Source of the DNA: Candidatus Yanofskybacteria bacterium
GTDB lineage: Bacteria; Patescibacteriota; Minisyncoccia; 2-02-FULL-40-12; GWA2-44-9
Length of the DNA stretch: 52,307 nucleotides
Direction: 5' to 3'
Assembly (NCBI GenBank): GCA_023245235.1
Contig: JAHFKT010000004.1
Coordinates: forward strand, 1-52,307
The position numbers were made by a program, and so were the translations under genes. How positions within the stretch are numbered: position 1 is the first letter of the stretch; every line of letters starts with the position of its first letter. The notes beneath the pieces are model-generated. The model had not been told where the DNA came from. It worked only from the letters and a program-made list of their open reading frames with translations, and did not search any database. Below are positions 9,033 through 17,526 of this stretch, one piece after another.

Positions 9033-10427
9033 CTATGCCGCCGAGCGGTCATTAAGCATCTTAAATATAGTCTTAAAAATGATCTTTATATCCATGCCCA
9101 GAGACCAGTTTTCGATATAGAAACTGTCTGTCTCGACCTCCTGGTCGAACGGCAGGTCTGAGCTCCCGGATACCTGGGCCAGGCCGGTGGCCCCGGCCTT
9201 AATGGCCAGGACTTTCTTGTGATGCTTCTCGTAGCGGCTGACCTCGTCGGGCTGATGCGGCCGCGGACCGACCAACGACATATCGCCTTTGAGAATATTG
9301 ATAAATTGAGCCAGTTCGTCGATCCGGTATTTTCTGATTACCCGACCGACCTTTGTAATACGCGGATCGTTCTTGATCTTAAACAGCGGCCCGTCGCTGC
9401 GCTCGTTGAATGCCGCCAGTGATGCCTTAAGAGACTCGGCTCCGCCATCAGAGTCGTATGCGATCATGCTCCGGAATTTATACAGTACGAACTCTTTATT
9501 CTTGCTGACCCGTTTTAAACGGGCGAGAACAGGACCGGGCGTATTAAGCTTGATCGCAATGGCCACGATCAGGAACACCGGCGAAAAAATGATCAGCCCG
9601 ATGAGCGCACCGATAATATCTACGACGCGCTTGAATACTTTCCCCCATCCGTCCAGGGGCGTGCGTTTGAGCTCAATGACCGGTACGCTTGAGATCAGGT
9701 CGACGTCAAAATGTTTCGTCAGTGTCTGATACAGGTTCGGCACGAATTTGAATACGATGTGGTTCTCATGACAAAAATCAACGAGTTCGACGATGTGATT
9801 GCCAGAATAGTTCGGACTGACCAACAGCACCTCATCGATCGCATCCTTGAGCCCTGCGAGAGATTCGATATTCGGACGGTCCCAGTGGGCTATGATACGA
9901 TAGCCGGCTCCGGGTGCTGATGAAATATTCTGCTTCATCTGATCAGCCAGCATATCGTCGCCTATCATCAGGACCCGTTGAATCCCGAAATCATACCGGG
10001 AGACCGCAACGTACTGGAGATAACGGACAAGCAATCGGCCCAAAGAAACAAAGATGATCGCTATTACCCACGCACCAAGGACCAGGAACCGGGAGTTGAA
10101 CAGCGTCTGACGCAAGAAAATAAAAATGATGACGGCTAAGATGGCGGCCGATGAAGCGACAAGGATCTTGGAAAATTCGGCCGTGCGCGACATGCGAACC
10201 TTCATGGAGTACAGCCCGGAAATAGCATATGTAGCGATGAATAATAAGGCCACGACTGAAACAAGAGAAAGGTAACTGAAAAGAGGCAGGTTGAATTGGA
10301 ACAGGACCGGCCTGACCCCGGCAAGCAGGGTAGTTCGAAGAAGATATGCGGCAAGTCCGGCCAAGAACAACATTACGAAGTCCACGGGCAACCGGATAAC
10401 ATTGAAGAATAAATCAGCTTTTTTCAT
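9033..10427 (-). CDS. Polyprenyl-phosphate hexose-1-phosphate transferase (WbaP / bacterial sugar transferase family)
   Basis: The C-terminal Bac_transf domain reads VFKRVVDIIGALIGLIIFSPVFLIVAIAIKL...GPVLARLKRVSKNKEFVLYKFRSM...DELAQFINILKGDMSLVGPRP. The N-terminus has TM helices. I prefer the start at MKKADLFF (10427), which is 7 nt downstream of TGaTAAACT. Confidence 0.85.
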   Translation of the reverse strand: MKKADLFFNVIRLPVDFVMLFLAGLAAYLLRTTLLAGVRPVLFQFNLPLFSYLSLVSVVALLFIATYAISGLYSMKVRMSRTAEFSKILVASSAAILAVIIFIFLRQTLFNSRFLVLGAWVIAIIFVSLGRLLVRYLQYVAVSRYDFGIQRVLMIGDDMLADQMKQNISSAPGAGYRIIAHWDRPNIESLAGLKDAIDEVLLVSPNYSGNHIVELVDFCHENHIVFKFVPNLYQTLTKHFDVDLISSVPVIELKRTPLDGWGKVFKRVVDIIGALIGLIIFSPVFLIVAIAIKLNTPGPVLARLKRVSKNKEFVLYKFRSMIAYDSDGGAESLKASLAAFNERSDGPLFKIKNDPRITKVGRVIRKYRIDELAQFINILKGDMSLVGPRPHQPDEVSRYEKHHKKVLAIKAGATGLAQVSGSSDLPFDQEVETDSFYIENWSLGMDIKIIFKTIFKMLNDRSAA

Positions 10428-10434
10428 CCTGTCA

Positions 10435-10443
10435 AGTTTATCA
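10435..10443 (-). promoter_or_regulatory. Extended -10 (TGaTAAACT) 7 nt upstream of the ATG at 10427
   Basis: The minus strand reads gtgTGaTAAACTtgacaggATGaaa. Confidence 0.4.
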
Positions 10444-10485
10444 CACGGGCCCTTAAATTTCAATCTATTTTAGCAATTCCGGTGG

Positions 10486-10514
10486 TTGACCCGGACCGCC
10501 AAAAAGAGTATAAT
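10486..10514 (+). promoter_or_regulatory. Near-consensus sigma70-type promoter of the RNase P RNA gene
   Basis: TTGACC (10486-10491) and TATAAT (10509-10514) are separated by 17 nt. The first base of helix P1 lies about 7 nt downstream. Confidence 0.6.
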
Positions 10515-10520
10515 TGTAGT

Positions 10521-10963
10521 GTGTATCCTAGATGATCGCTCCGCTTCTCGGAGAAGTTTCTAAGCGTGCGCAAGCCGCTTAAGAATCTCTGTCAGCGGAG
10601 AGGAAAGTCCGAACACTATCAATCGAGGAGGTTGAAACGGTAGCGGGTAATCCCCGTCTGCAGCAATGCAAGAGGTGCGAACAGAGACGTCTGATTCCGA
10701 AAGGAACAGAGAGCTAAACCCTAGCCACTCGATATTCGATCGAACGGCACAGCTTAATTCCGACCGAGGGCATCAAGATCGGAAGTGAAACGGCTAAATC
10801 CTTACCGGAGTGCAAGGTCAAACTCCTGCCGATGAGGCAGGAAGACAAGTAGACCGCATTGAGCCCATGCTCATGACCCCGGCGGCAACGTCAGGGCTAG
10901 ATAAATGATCGTCCCGTGCGCCTCATCGGCGCATACGACAGAATTCGGCTTACTGGATACACG
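10521..10963 (+). ncRNA. rnpB: RNase P RNA, bacterial type A
   Basis: Conserved blocks GAGAGGAAAGTCCGAAC (about 10598-10614) and ACAGAATTCGGCTTAC (10938-10953) are present. P1 pairs gtgtatcc (10521-10528) with ggatacac (10955-10962). A promoter lies upstream and a terminator downstream. Confidence 0.85.
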
Positions 10964-10999
10964 AAACCAAAACGCGGGCATCAGCCCGCGTTTTGGTTT
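10964..10999. terminator. Bidirectional terminator hairpin between rnpB and the RNase H gene
   Basis: A 16-bp stem pairs aaaccaaaacgcgggc with gcccgcgttttggttt around an atca loop. A/T runs sit on both sides. Confidence 0.7.
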
Positions 11000-11438
11000 A
11001 CAGATCCAGTTTGCTCGACTCGCGATCCAAGGCCTGGTTCACCAACATATCGGCCTCTGCGTTCTTCTCGCGCTCAATATGATGGAATGACACGTCCGTA
11101 CCCAGGTCGATGAGGAGATTCGATATCTCGACAAAGAATCCCTGAATATCTTTTTCCTTGACCTTATACTGCCGATTCAGCTGTTTCACCATCAGCTCGC
11201 TATCAGCATAACATTCAATGCTCATCCCCCTCAGCTTCTCCGAACCGAGAAGTTGCTTCACTTTTTTGAGTCCAAGAATAAGTGCCCGATATTCGGCTTC
11301 GTTATTGGTCCCCTTGCCAATATATTCCTGATACAGCTTCTTGCCGATATTCGACCCCTCGATCACGACACCGATCGCTGCCGGACCCGGATTCCCGCGT
11401 GCGCCCCCATCAGAATGAATGGTGATCTTATTTTTCAT
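10998..11438 (-). CDS. rnhA: Ribonuclease H (RNase HI / RVT_3-type)
   Basis: Motifs include IHSDGGARGNPGPAAIGVVI, NNEAEYRALILGLKK, ADSELMVKQLNRQYKVK and REKNAEADMLVNQAL. These give a DEDD-type catalytic pattern. Confidence 0.8.
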   Translation of the reverse strand: MKNKITIHSDGGARGNPGPAAIGVVIEGSNIGKKLYQEYIGKGTNNEAEYRALILGLKKVKQLLGSEKLRGMSIECYADSELMVKQLNRQYKVKEKDIQGFFVEISNLLIDLGTDVSFHHIEREKNAEADMLVNQALDRESSKLDL

Positions 11439-12303
11439 CAGATCCGTGAATTATCTTCCATGGAAAACCGCCGCTCATCGGGACGGTAAATCCCGATGAT
11501 GCAACATGTCCGCCGCCGCCATACTTTTTTGCCAATACTGATACGTCAAAAACCTTCTCGGCCTCAAGGTCGGATCGCAATGAAACATGGATATAATCTT
11601 TCTCCTGGGCCCATGATATCCCGAACGGCGGTTTTTCTTTCGCGAGCATACCTGCCGCTTTTGAGGCAAAATAGTGAGGAATGTTCACGGCATATACGGT
11701 ATGCCCGCAAAATTCTACGAGAGACCTGAACTGCAACGCTCCATCAACGAGCCGCTGTTCATATGCGAGCAGCATCGCTCCTTTTTCAGCGTATTTTTTT
11801 CTGCCTTCGGCGGTTTCGATATCCCGGGACATTGTGTCCCATAGTTCAAAATTAAAGTCAGAACTTTTGATAATCGCCGTTATGGCCAGAGAATCCTCCA
11901 TGGCAAACCTCCAGAGGTCCCTGTCCTCAATATAGCGGGAGAGCATCGGCACCGGTGTTTCCGGATGAAAATACGTCCATGCCAAATATGCCGCTGAGTG
12001 ATCATCATCAAAAAGGTAATCTTTGGTCAGCATCGTAATATCTTTTTTAGTCTCATGATGGTCAACGGCGGTAACCCTTTTATTAACTTTGATCAGCTCC
12101 TGGGTGATGGTACCCTCGTATACAAAATCAATGAAGTAAATCTCTTTATTTACTAAGCCCTCCGGAGAGGCCTGCCCGCGAAACGCAGGAATATATACGG
12201 CGGTATCGCCGAACTTTTTCCAAGCCGCCCAGGCACCGCCAAACCCGTCAATACAATCTCCGTGGTACATAACCACGATATCTTCTGTGATGGGTTTATC
12301 CAT
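11428..12303 (-). CDS. DHH/DHHA1-family phosphoesterase (NrnA-like)
   Basis: It carries an N-terminal YHGDCIDGFGGAWAAW motif, a VDHH motif and a C-terminal GGGGH motif (DHHA1). It overlaps the RNase H start by 11 nt. Confidence 0.7.
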   Translation of the reverse strand: MDKPITEDIVVMYHGDCIDGFGGAWAAWKKFGDTAVYIPAFRGQASPEGLVNKEIYFIDFVYEGTITQELIKVNKRVTAVDHHETKKDITMLTKDYLFDDDHSAAYLAWTYFHPETPVPMLSRYIEDRDLWRFAMEDSLAITAIIKSSDFNFELWDTMSRDIETAEGRKKYAEKGAMLLAYEQRLVDGALQFRSLVEFCGHTVYAVNIPHYFASKAAGMLAKEKPPFGISWAQEKDYIHVSLRSDLEAEKVFDVSVLAKKYGGGGHVASSGFTVPMSGGFPWKIIHGSDEK

Positions 12304-12304
12304 A

Positions 12305-13387
12305 TTAATTTAGGGCCTCCAGGCCCGGCAGCTTCTCACCGGCCAGGAAAGCAAGCATGGCGCCGCCGCCCGTCGAAACGAATTTGAATTTTTCGAGAAG
12401 GCCTATCTTGTCGACCGCAGAAATGGTGTCGCCGCCGCCGATGACCGACATGGCGGATGAAGCCACGATGGCACTGGCTACCTCATTCGTTCCTTTCGCA
12501 AAAACAGGATTTTCAAATAATCCCAGGGGGCCGTTCCAAATGACTATCTTTGCACTCGCGATGATATCGATATATTGCCTTATCGTCTGTTCGCCGATAT
12601 CGAGGATCTTATTATCAAAAACGACGAAGTCCTTCGGTGCCACCAACCGCGTGTCCGCAAGGTCCAGACCGGCAAGTAATGCCTGAGTATCAGTATCGAC
12701 GAGAGAGCTGCCCATGTCCTGGTCCTTTTCTTTAAGCACGTCATTGGAAACAACTCCGCCGAGCAAGACCGCTTCGCATTTGTCGATAAGATTCTTAATA
12801 ACAGGCACCTTTGTTGATGCTTTCGCGCCGCCCATGATAATAACTTTTCCTTCCTTGGGAGCGTCAATGACCCTTGAAAGATTGGCGACCTCTTCCTCAA
12901 CGATGAACCCGGCATAGCTTGGAAGTAGTTTTGTTATGGCCGAAACGGATGCATGGTCGCGGTGACAAACCGCAAAGTCATTATTCACATACAGATCGAA
13001 CCCGTCCGCCAATTTTTTTGCGAATTCCGGATCGTTCTTTTTTTCGCCCTCATTCTGTCGTACGTTATCGAGCAATGCCGGTCCGGCATAATGGTCAAGG
13101 TACGGGGCGATCTCCGCTACGGTCTTAATGAAACTGATCTCATGGCCGAGTAATATATGAAGCTGGGGTATAAGAGCGGCGAATGATTCGCCGACCGATT
13201 CATCTGAGATATGGGCGGCCATTACTACTTTTGCGCCATGGCTTACCAAGTAGTCAAGGGTTTCTTTCTGCTTTTTGATGCGGAACGGTTCTTCGATCTG
13301 CCCCTTATCCGAAACCGGCACGTCAAAGTCAACGCGGAGAATGACCTTCTTGTCTTTCAGATCGGTAATGTCCCGGAGCATTTTCAT
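12305..13387 (-). CDS. pgk: Phosphoglycerate kinase (short, 360 aa)
   Basis: Motifs include ILRVDFDVPV, NDFAVCHRDHASV, WNGPLGLFE and GGGDT...STGGGAMLAFLAG. Confidence 0.9.
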   Translation of the reverse strand: MKMLRDITDLKDKKVILRVDFDVPVSDKGQIEEPFRIKKQKETLDYLVSHGAKVVMAAHISDESVGESFAALIPQLHILLGHEISFIKTVAEIAPYLDHYAGPALLDNVRQNEGEKKNDPEFAKKLADGFDLYVNNDFAVCHRDHASVSAITKLLPSYAGFIVEEEVANLSRVIDAPKEGKVIIMGGAKASTKVPVIKNLIDKCEAVLLGGVVSNDVLKEKDQDMGSSLVDTDTQALLAGLDLADTRLVAPKDFVVFDNKILDIGEQTIRQYIDIIASAKIVIWNGPLGLFENPVFAKGTNEVASAIVASSAMSVIGGGDTISAVDKIGLLEKFKFVSTGGGAMLAFLAGEKLPGLEALN

Positions 13388-13395
13388 TTACCACT

Positions 13396-13404
13396 AATAT
13401 AGCA
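13396..13404 (-). promoter_or_regulatory. Extended -10 (TGcTATATT) 8 nt upstream of the pgk ATG
   Basis: The minus strand reads cggTGcTATATTagtggtaaATGaaa. Confidence 0.45.
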
Positions 13405-13454
13405 CCGAATGTGTCCGGAAACAAAAACCCCGCCCGAGGGTGTGTTCGTTCCGG

Positions 13455-14213
13455 TCAAATAGCGGCCGCGATATCTAGGATCTCGACGAACTCTTCTTTG
13501 CGGATGCTCGCCCCGCCGACCAATACACCGGCGATCTCATCGAGCGAAAGAAAATCCTTCGCGTTCTGGGACGTAACCGAACCGCCATAGAGAACCGGCA
13601 CACCCTGACCGAGAATTTCTTTGATAACGGCAACCGCCTGGAGTGCGTCCCCGGGCGTATCGGGCCGGGAGCCGGGATTGGAAGAAATGGCCCACACAGG
13701 TTCATAAGCAATAAGGCAGTTGCCTATTTCGTCGGCCGAGAGACCGGCAAATGTGGCTCCCATCTGCTGTTTCAGAAACTCTTTGAAAGTCTTGTCCCGC
13801 TTCCGCTCCCCGATACAGACGATGGGCATCAGCTCATCCGCCAGTGCGGTCTTCAATTTTTTATTAACGACGTCGTCATTCTCTCCGAGCTTCCAGCGGC
13901 GCTCGGAATGACCAATGATAACGTACTGCACGTTCAAGCGCCTCAACATCGGTCCCGAGACCTCCCCTGTCCACGCACCCGACTCGGCAAGTGCGATATC
14001 CTGCGCGCCCAGCTGGGCATTATGTTCAAGGTGCGATGACTGCAGTAATTTACCGACCTCTTCCAGAAATACGAACGGCGGGCAGATGACCAGAGATGAT
14101 TCCCGTTCCGGCCGGTTTTCAAAGTGATCATTGATGTAATCCAAGATCTGTTCGGCTTCGGCCAGCGTTTGAGGATTCATCTTCCAGTTCGCAATGATGT
14201 ATTTCTTATGCAT
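13455..14213 (-). CDS. tpiA: Triosephosphate isomerase
   Basis: Motifs include IANWKMN, IIGHSERR, AYEPVWAI and YGGSV. Confidence 0.92.
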   Translation of the reverse strand: MHKKYIIANWKMNPQTLAEAEQILDYINDHFENRPERESSLVICPPFVFLEEVGKLLQSSHLEHNAQLGAQDIALAESGAWTGEVSGPMLRRLNVQYVIIGHSERRWKLGENDDVVNKKLKTALADELMPIVCIGERKRDKTFKEFLKQQMGATFAGLSADEIGNCLIAYEPVWAISSNPGSRPDTPGDALQAVAVIKEILGQGVPVLYGGSVTSQNAKDFLSLDEIAGVLVGGASIRKEEFVEILDIAAAI

Positions 14214-14802
14214 GCTTTCTTTTCTTTATAATATACCACGCCGCCAAGACAATGATCATGGCGCCGATCGCGATATCGGCCCGGTGAAAGTACGGACTAA
14301 GAACGTCCCAGTGTTCCCCCGCCTTGTAGCCCATGAAGGCAAGCGCAAAGTTCCAGGGCAGGGCGCCGAAGAATGTATAGGCGCCGAAAATAGCCGCGTT
14401 CATCTCTGAAATGCCGGCCGGCAATGACACGAATGTCCGGACGACCGGAAGCATGCGGCTCCAGAAGACAGTACCGCGTCCGTGTTCCCTGAACCAACGG
14501 TCCCCCGCTTCAAGGTCCTTATGATAAACCAGAATGTACTTACCGTATTTTTCAAGAAACCATCGGCCCCCTGACCGGCCGATGTAAAACAAGATCAGGG
14601 AACCGACAAGATTCGCGACGCTCGCCACGATCACAACGGTAATAAGATTAAACCGGCCGGAAACGGCCAGAAATCCTGAAAATGGCAATACGATCTCTGA
14701 GGGAATGGGAATGGCCGCACTTTCCAAAAGCGAGAGAGCAAAAAGCCCGCCGTATCCGGCGGAGCCGATCAGTGACAATGTAAAGCCGGCAATATTGAAC
14801 AT
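14206..14802 (-). CDS. DedA / SNARE-associated family membrane protein
   Basis: DedA-type motifs are present (ESAAIPIPSEIVLPFSGFL, GRWFLEKYGKY, R.LPVVRTFVSLPAG). It has 4-5 TM segments. Confidence 0.8.
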   Translation of the reverse strand: MFNIAGFTLSLIGSAGYGGLFALSLLESAAIPIPSEIVLPFSGFLAVSGRFNLITVVIVASVANLVGSLILFYIGRSGGRWFLEKYGKYILVYHKDLEAGDRWFREHGRGTVFWSRMLPVVRTFVSLPAGISEMNAAIFGAYTFFGALPWNFALAFMGYKAGEHWDVLSPYFHRADIAIGAMIIVLAAWYIIKKRKHA

Positions 14803-14805
14803 ACT

Positions 14806-15816
14806 TTAGATTACAGCCTCTCGAAGCTCGGCGGCGGCTACGTCCGGATCAACCACGTTAACAAACACGTTTGTTCCGAGCTCAAGACCGGCTGCGATCG
14901 ATGACCGGGGCAGAATTTCGACGTGCCAATGATAAAAATCGAATGACGGCACGTTCAACCGATGGGGTGGAGATGTGTGGATAAAGAAAGCGTAATCAAT
15001 GTTATCGAGAGCCTTGTTGATCTTTTTCAGGGCCATGTTGAGCGCTTGAGCAAGGAACGGAATGTCGGCGTCATCGAGGTCTCCGAAATATGCATTCCGA
15101 ATTTTCGGAAATATCCGCACCTGGTATGGCGCGCGGCTGACATATGGACACAGAACAACGAATTTTTCATTCTCGTAAATGATCCTCTTGCGCTCTTGCA
15201 TCTCCCAGGCGAGGACTACTTCATGGATACGTTCGCCGGTCCTTTCGAAATATTCGACGGAATTTTTGACATTCCTCAGAACGCCGGACGGAATGATCGG
15301 CATGGAAAGGATCTGAGTGTGATTGTGATAAACGGTCGCACCGGCCAGATGTCCGTGATTATGGAAGATCGAAATATAGTCGCCGCAATTATCCGTGGCC
15401 ATGGCGTTATACCGGTCCTTGTATGCCATGATCACCTCGGCGGTTTCCTCATCGGTAAATTGAGCAAAGTGCCGGTCGTGGTCACGGGTGATGACCAGTT
15501 CATGAAAACCGCGGCCGTCGGCGGTCGATATGGGGCCCCGGGTGTGGATCGGGCTGCACATTCCTGATTCGACGGCAGGAAATTTATTGTTTATGACAAG
15601 GGTCGTCCAGTTGTCTGGCACCCCTTCGACTTTTTTGCCGTGCTCCCACACGGCAAGCGGCCTTCCCTGGTCTATGAGACGCTGGCCGTCAAAAGGACAT
15701 TCTTCCTTTGTCTGATAAAACTTGTCTTTCTCGAATGCGCCGGGTTTCCGGGCCCGGTGCGTAGCGTAGAGCACCCAATCACCCGAGACGGGATCCTGTC
15801 GAAATTCATTAAGCAT
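14806..15816 (-). CDS. galT: Galactose-1-phosphate uridylyltransferase-like HIT-superfamily nucleotidyltransferase
   Basis: The GalT fold shows the catalytic HxHxQ motif (VYHNHTQIL) and a second half-domain (HWHVEILPR). The substrate is not determinable from sequence. Confidence 0.7.
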   Translation of the reverse strand: MLNEFRQDPVSGDWVLYATHRARKPGAFEKDKFYQTKEECPFDGQRLIDQGRPLAVWEHGKKVEGVPDNWTTLVINNKFPAVESGMCSPIHTRGPISTADGRGFHELVITRDHDRHFAQFTDEETAEVIMAYKDRYNAMATDNCGDYISIFHNHGHLAGATVYHNHTQILSMPIIPSGVLRNVKNSVEYFERTGERIHEVVLAWEMQERKRIIYENEKFVVLCPYVSRAPYQVRIFPKIRNAYFGDLDDADIPFLAQALNMALKKINKALDNIDYAFFIHTSPPHRLNVPSFDFYHWHVEILPRSSIAAGLELGTNVFVNVVDPDVAAAELREAVI

Positions 15817-16555
15817 GATCTATTTTAGCACGGCCGTACCGGCCCGTCAGCAGCCACCATCTGATCTTAAGCGTATCCCTCAGTACCCCGAAATATGAAT
15901 CGAAGCCGGGATGGGAAGCAGTATTCGGGTCGTTATGCCAATTAACCGGCACTTCCTTAATTCTATATCCGAACTTTCTCGCGAGGGCAAGCATCTCGAT
16001 ATCAAATCCCCAGCGCGTAACCCTGGAACAAGAGAAGATATCCTGAGCCGCTTTAGCCGTCACTATTTTAAAACCTCTTTGGGTATCGTGAATACCGGGC
16101 ACGGCGAGGATCTGAATATAAAGATTGCCCAACTTTCCAAATAGCCGCCGCCACACGGGTTCGCTTCCTTGCACAACAGCAGATCCCTTTACCGCGATCG
16201 ATGCGATCACCACGCCGTAGCCCTGTTGAAAATAAGGCATGAATTTATCTATGTTATCAATCGTGGTTGCATTATCAGCATCCATGAACAGGCGATACTC
16301 GCCTTTGGCGTGGAGCATTCCCTCTTTGACCGCAAAACCCTTGCCTCCGGTTTCGGGATAATCCAGAAGTCTGAGACCCGGAATACCCTGCATCATCTCT
16401 TTCACGATGACGGTCGTCCTGTCGGTCGACCGGTTGGTCACCACAAGTACCTCATATTCGACAGCTTTTTGTTTTAAAAAATGAACAACCGATTCGACGG
16501 TTCTTTTAATATGCTTCTCTTCATTTTTGGCCGGAATGATAACGGAAAGATACAT
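15809..16555 (-). CDS. Glycosyltransferase family 2 (polyprenol-phosphate glycosyltransferase-like)
   Basis: Motifs include LSVIIPAKNEE and FMDADNA (the DxD motif), in a GT-A fold. It is 248 aa with no TM region. Confidence 0.8.
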   Translation of the reverse strand: MYLSVIIPAKNEEKHIKRTVESVVHFLKQKAVEYEVLVVTNRSTDRTTVIVKEMMQGIPGLRLLDYPETGGKGFAVKEGMLHAKGEYRLFMDADNATTIDNIDKFMPYFQQGYGVVIASIAVKGSAVVQGSEPVWRRLFGKLGNLYIQILAVPGIHDTQRGFKIVTAKAAQDIFSCSRVTRWGFDIEMLALARKFGYRIKEVPVNWHNDPNTASHPGFDSYFGVLRDTLKIRWWLLTGRYGRAKIDHA

Positions 16556-16636
16556 AATAATCAGGTTGACCGAGAACTATAAAAACAGAGCAAGTATATC
16601 ATGCCGATTTGCCTTTTTCCAGCAGTATAGAGTACC

Positions 16637-17512
16637 ATGTGCCAATCCGAAGCCATGAACCACCCGGTCATCCAAATACAAAAAGGGTCCCCGCAATACC
16701 CTGAACGGCTGAATCAGATTTCCGATGCACCCGAGTATCTGTATTGCAGGGGCAATATCGCGCTTCTGGACAGCGAGTGTTTTGCGGTGGTGGGAACCAG
16801 AATGCTTACCGGCTACGGCAAAGAAGCGGTACAGAAACTTATTCCGGGTCTGGCCCGGCATTTCACGATCGTGAGCGGACTCGCTTTGGGTATCGATGCC
16901 TGCGTTCATCAGACTACACTTCATTGTATGGGCAAGACCATCGCCGTCCTCGGTTCCGGGATCGAAAACATAACTCCCATGACCAACCACCGGCTGGCTC
17001 TTGAGATATTGGAACGGGACGGCCTTCTCATATCCGAACATAGCGGCAAAAAGCCGGCATATAAAGATTCGTTTCCGGTGCGGAACAGGATCATCAGCGG
17101 TCTTTCGCGGGGCGTTCTGATCATAGAGGCCGATGAAAAAAGCGGCTCGCTCGTTACCGCCAGACACGCCCTCGAACAGAACCGGGATGTTTTCGCGGTC
17201 CCGGGCAATATTTTTTCGCCCAAGTCGGACGGACCGAATAAGCTTATCCAGCGGGGCGCGAAACTGGTGGCCTCTACGGAAGACATCATCGGAGACTACT
17301 CGATGCTCGACCTGAAAACGCCGGTGTCCACAGAAAATCCGACGGAAGCATCCATTCTTGCTATACTGGGAACCAATGGCCCGATGACGACCGATGCGAT
17401 CATCGAACAGGCCCGCAGAGATGCATCGGAGATCACGGCCACACTCTCGATCATGGAAATAAAAGGAATGGTCCGCCAGATGGCCGGCGGGATGTTCAGA
17501 AAAACAGATTAA
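16637..17512 (+). CDS. dprA: DNA processing protein DprA (Smf)
   Basis: Motifs include AVVGTRMLTGYG, SGLALGIDACVHQ and SGSLVTARHALEQNRDVFAVPGNIFS. A C-terminal winged-helix-like tail is present. Confidence 0.88.
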   Translation: MCQSEAMNHPVIQIQKGSPQYPERLNQISDAPEYLYCRGNIALLDSECFAVVGTRMLTGYGKEAVQKLIPGLARHFTIVSGLALGIDACVHQTTLHCMGKTIAVLGSGIENITPMTNHRLALEILERDGLLISEHSGKKPAYKDSFPVRNRIISGLSRGVLIIEADEKSGSLVTARHALEQNRDVFAVPGNIFSPKSDGPNKLIQRGAKLVASTEDIIGDYSMLDLKTPVSTENPTEASILAILGTNGPMTTDAIIEQARRDASEITATLSIMEIKGMVRQMAGGMFRKTD

Positions 17513-17526
17513 CCCAGTTTCATTAC

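Noticed and set aside
16577-17167. 196-aa minus-strand ORF, along with many other ORFs of 60 aa or more that run antisense to recognised genes (for example 240-776, 2878-3405, 14962-15567, 20168-20941, 37728-38366, 49312-50187).
   Set aside because: Each lies entirely within, and antisense to, a gene with clear family motifs. The compositions are Arg/Gly/Pro-skewed, as is typical of antisense frames, and no start-site signals are present.
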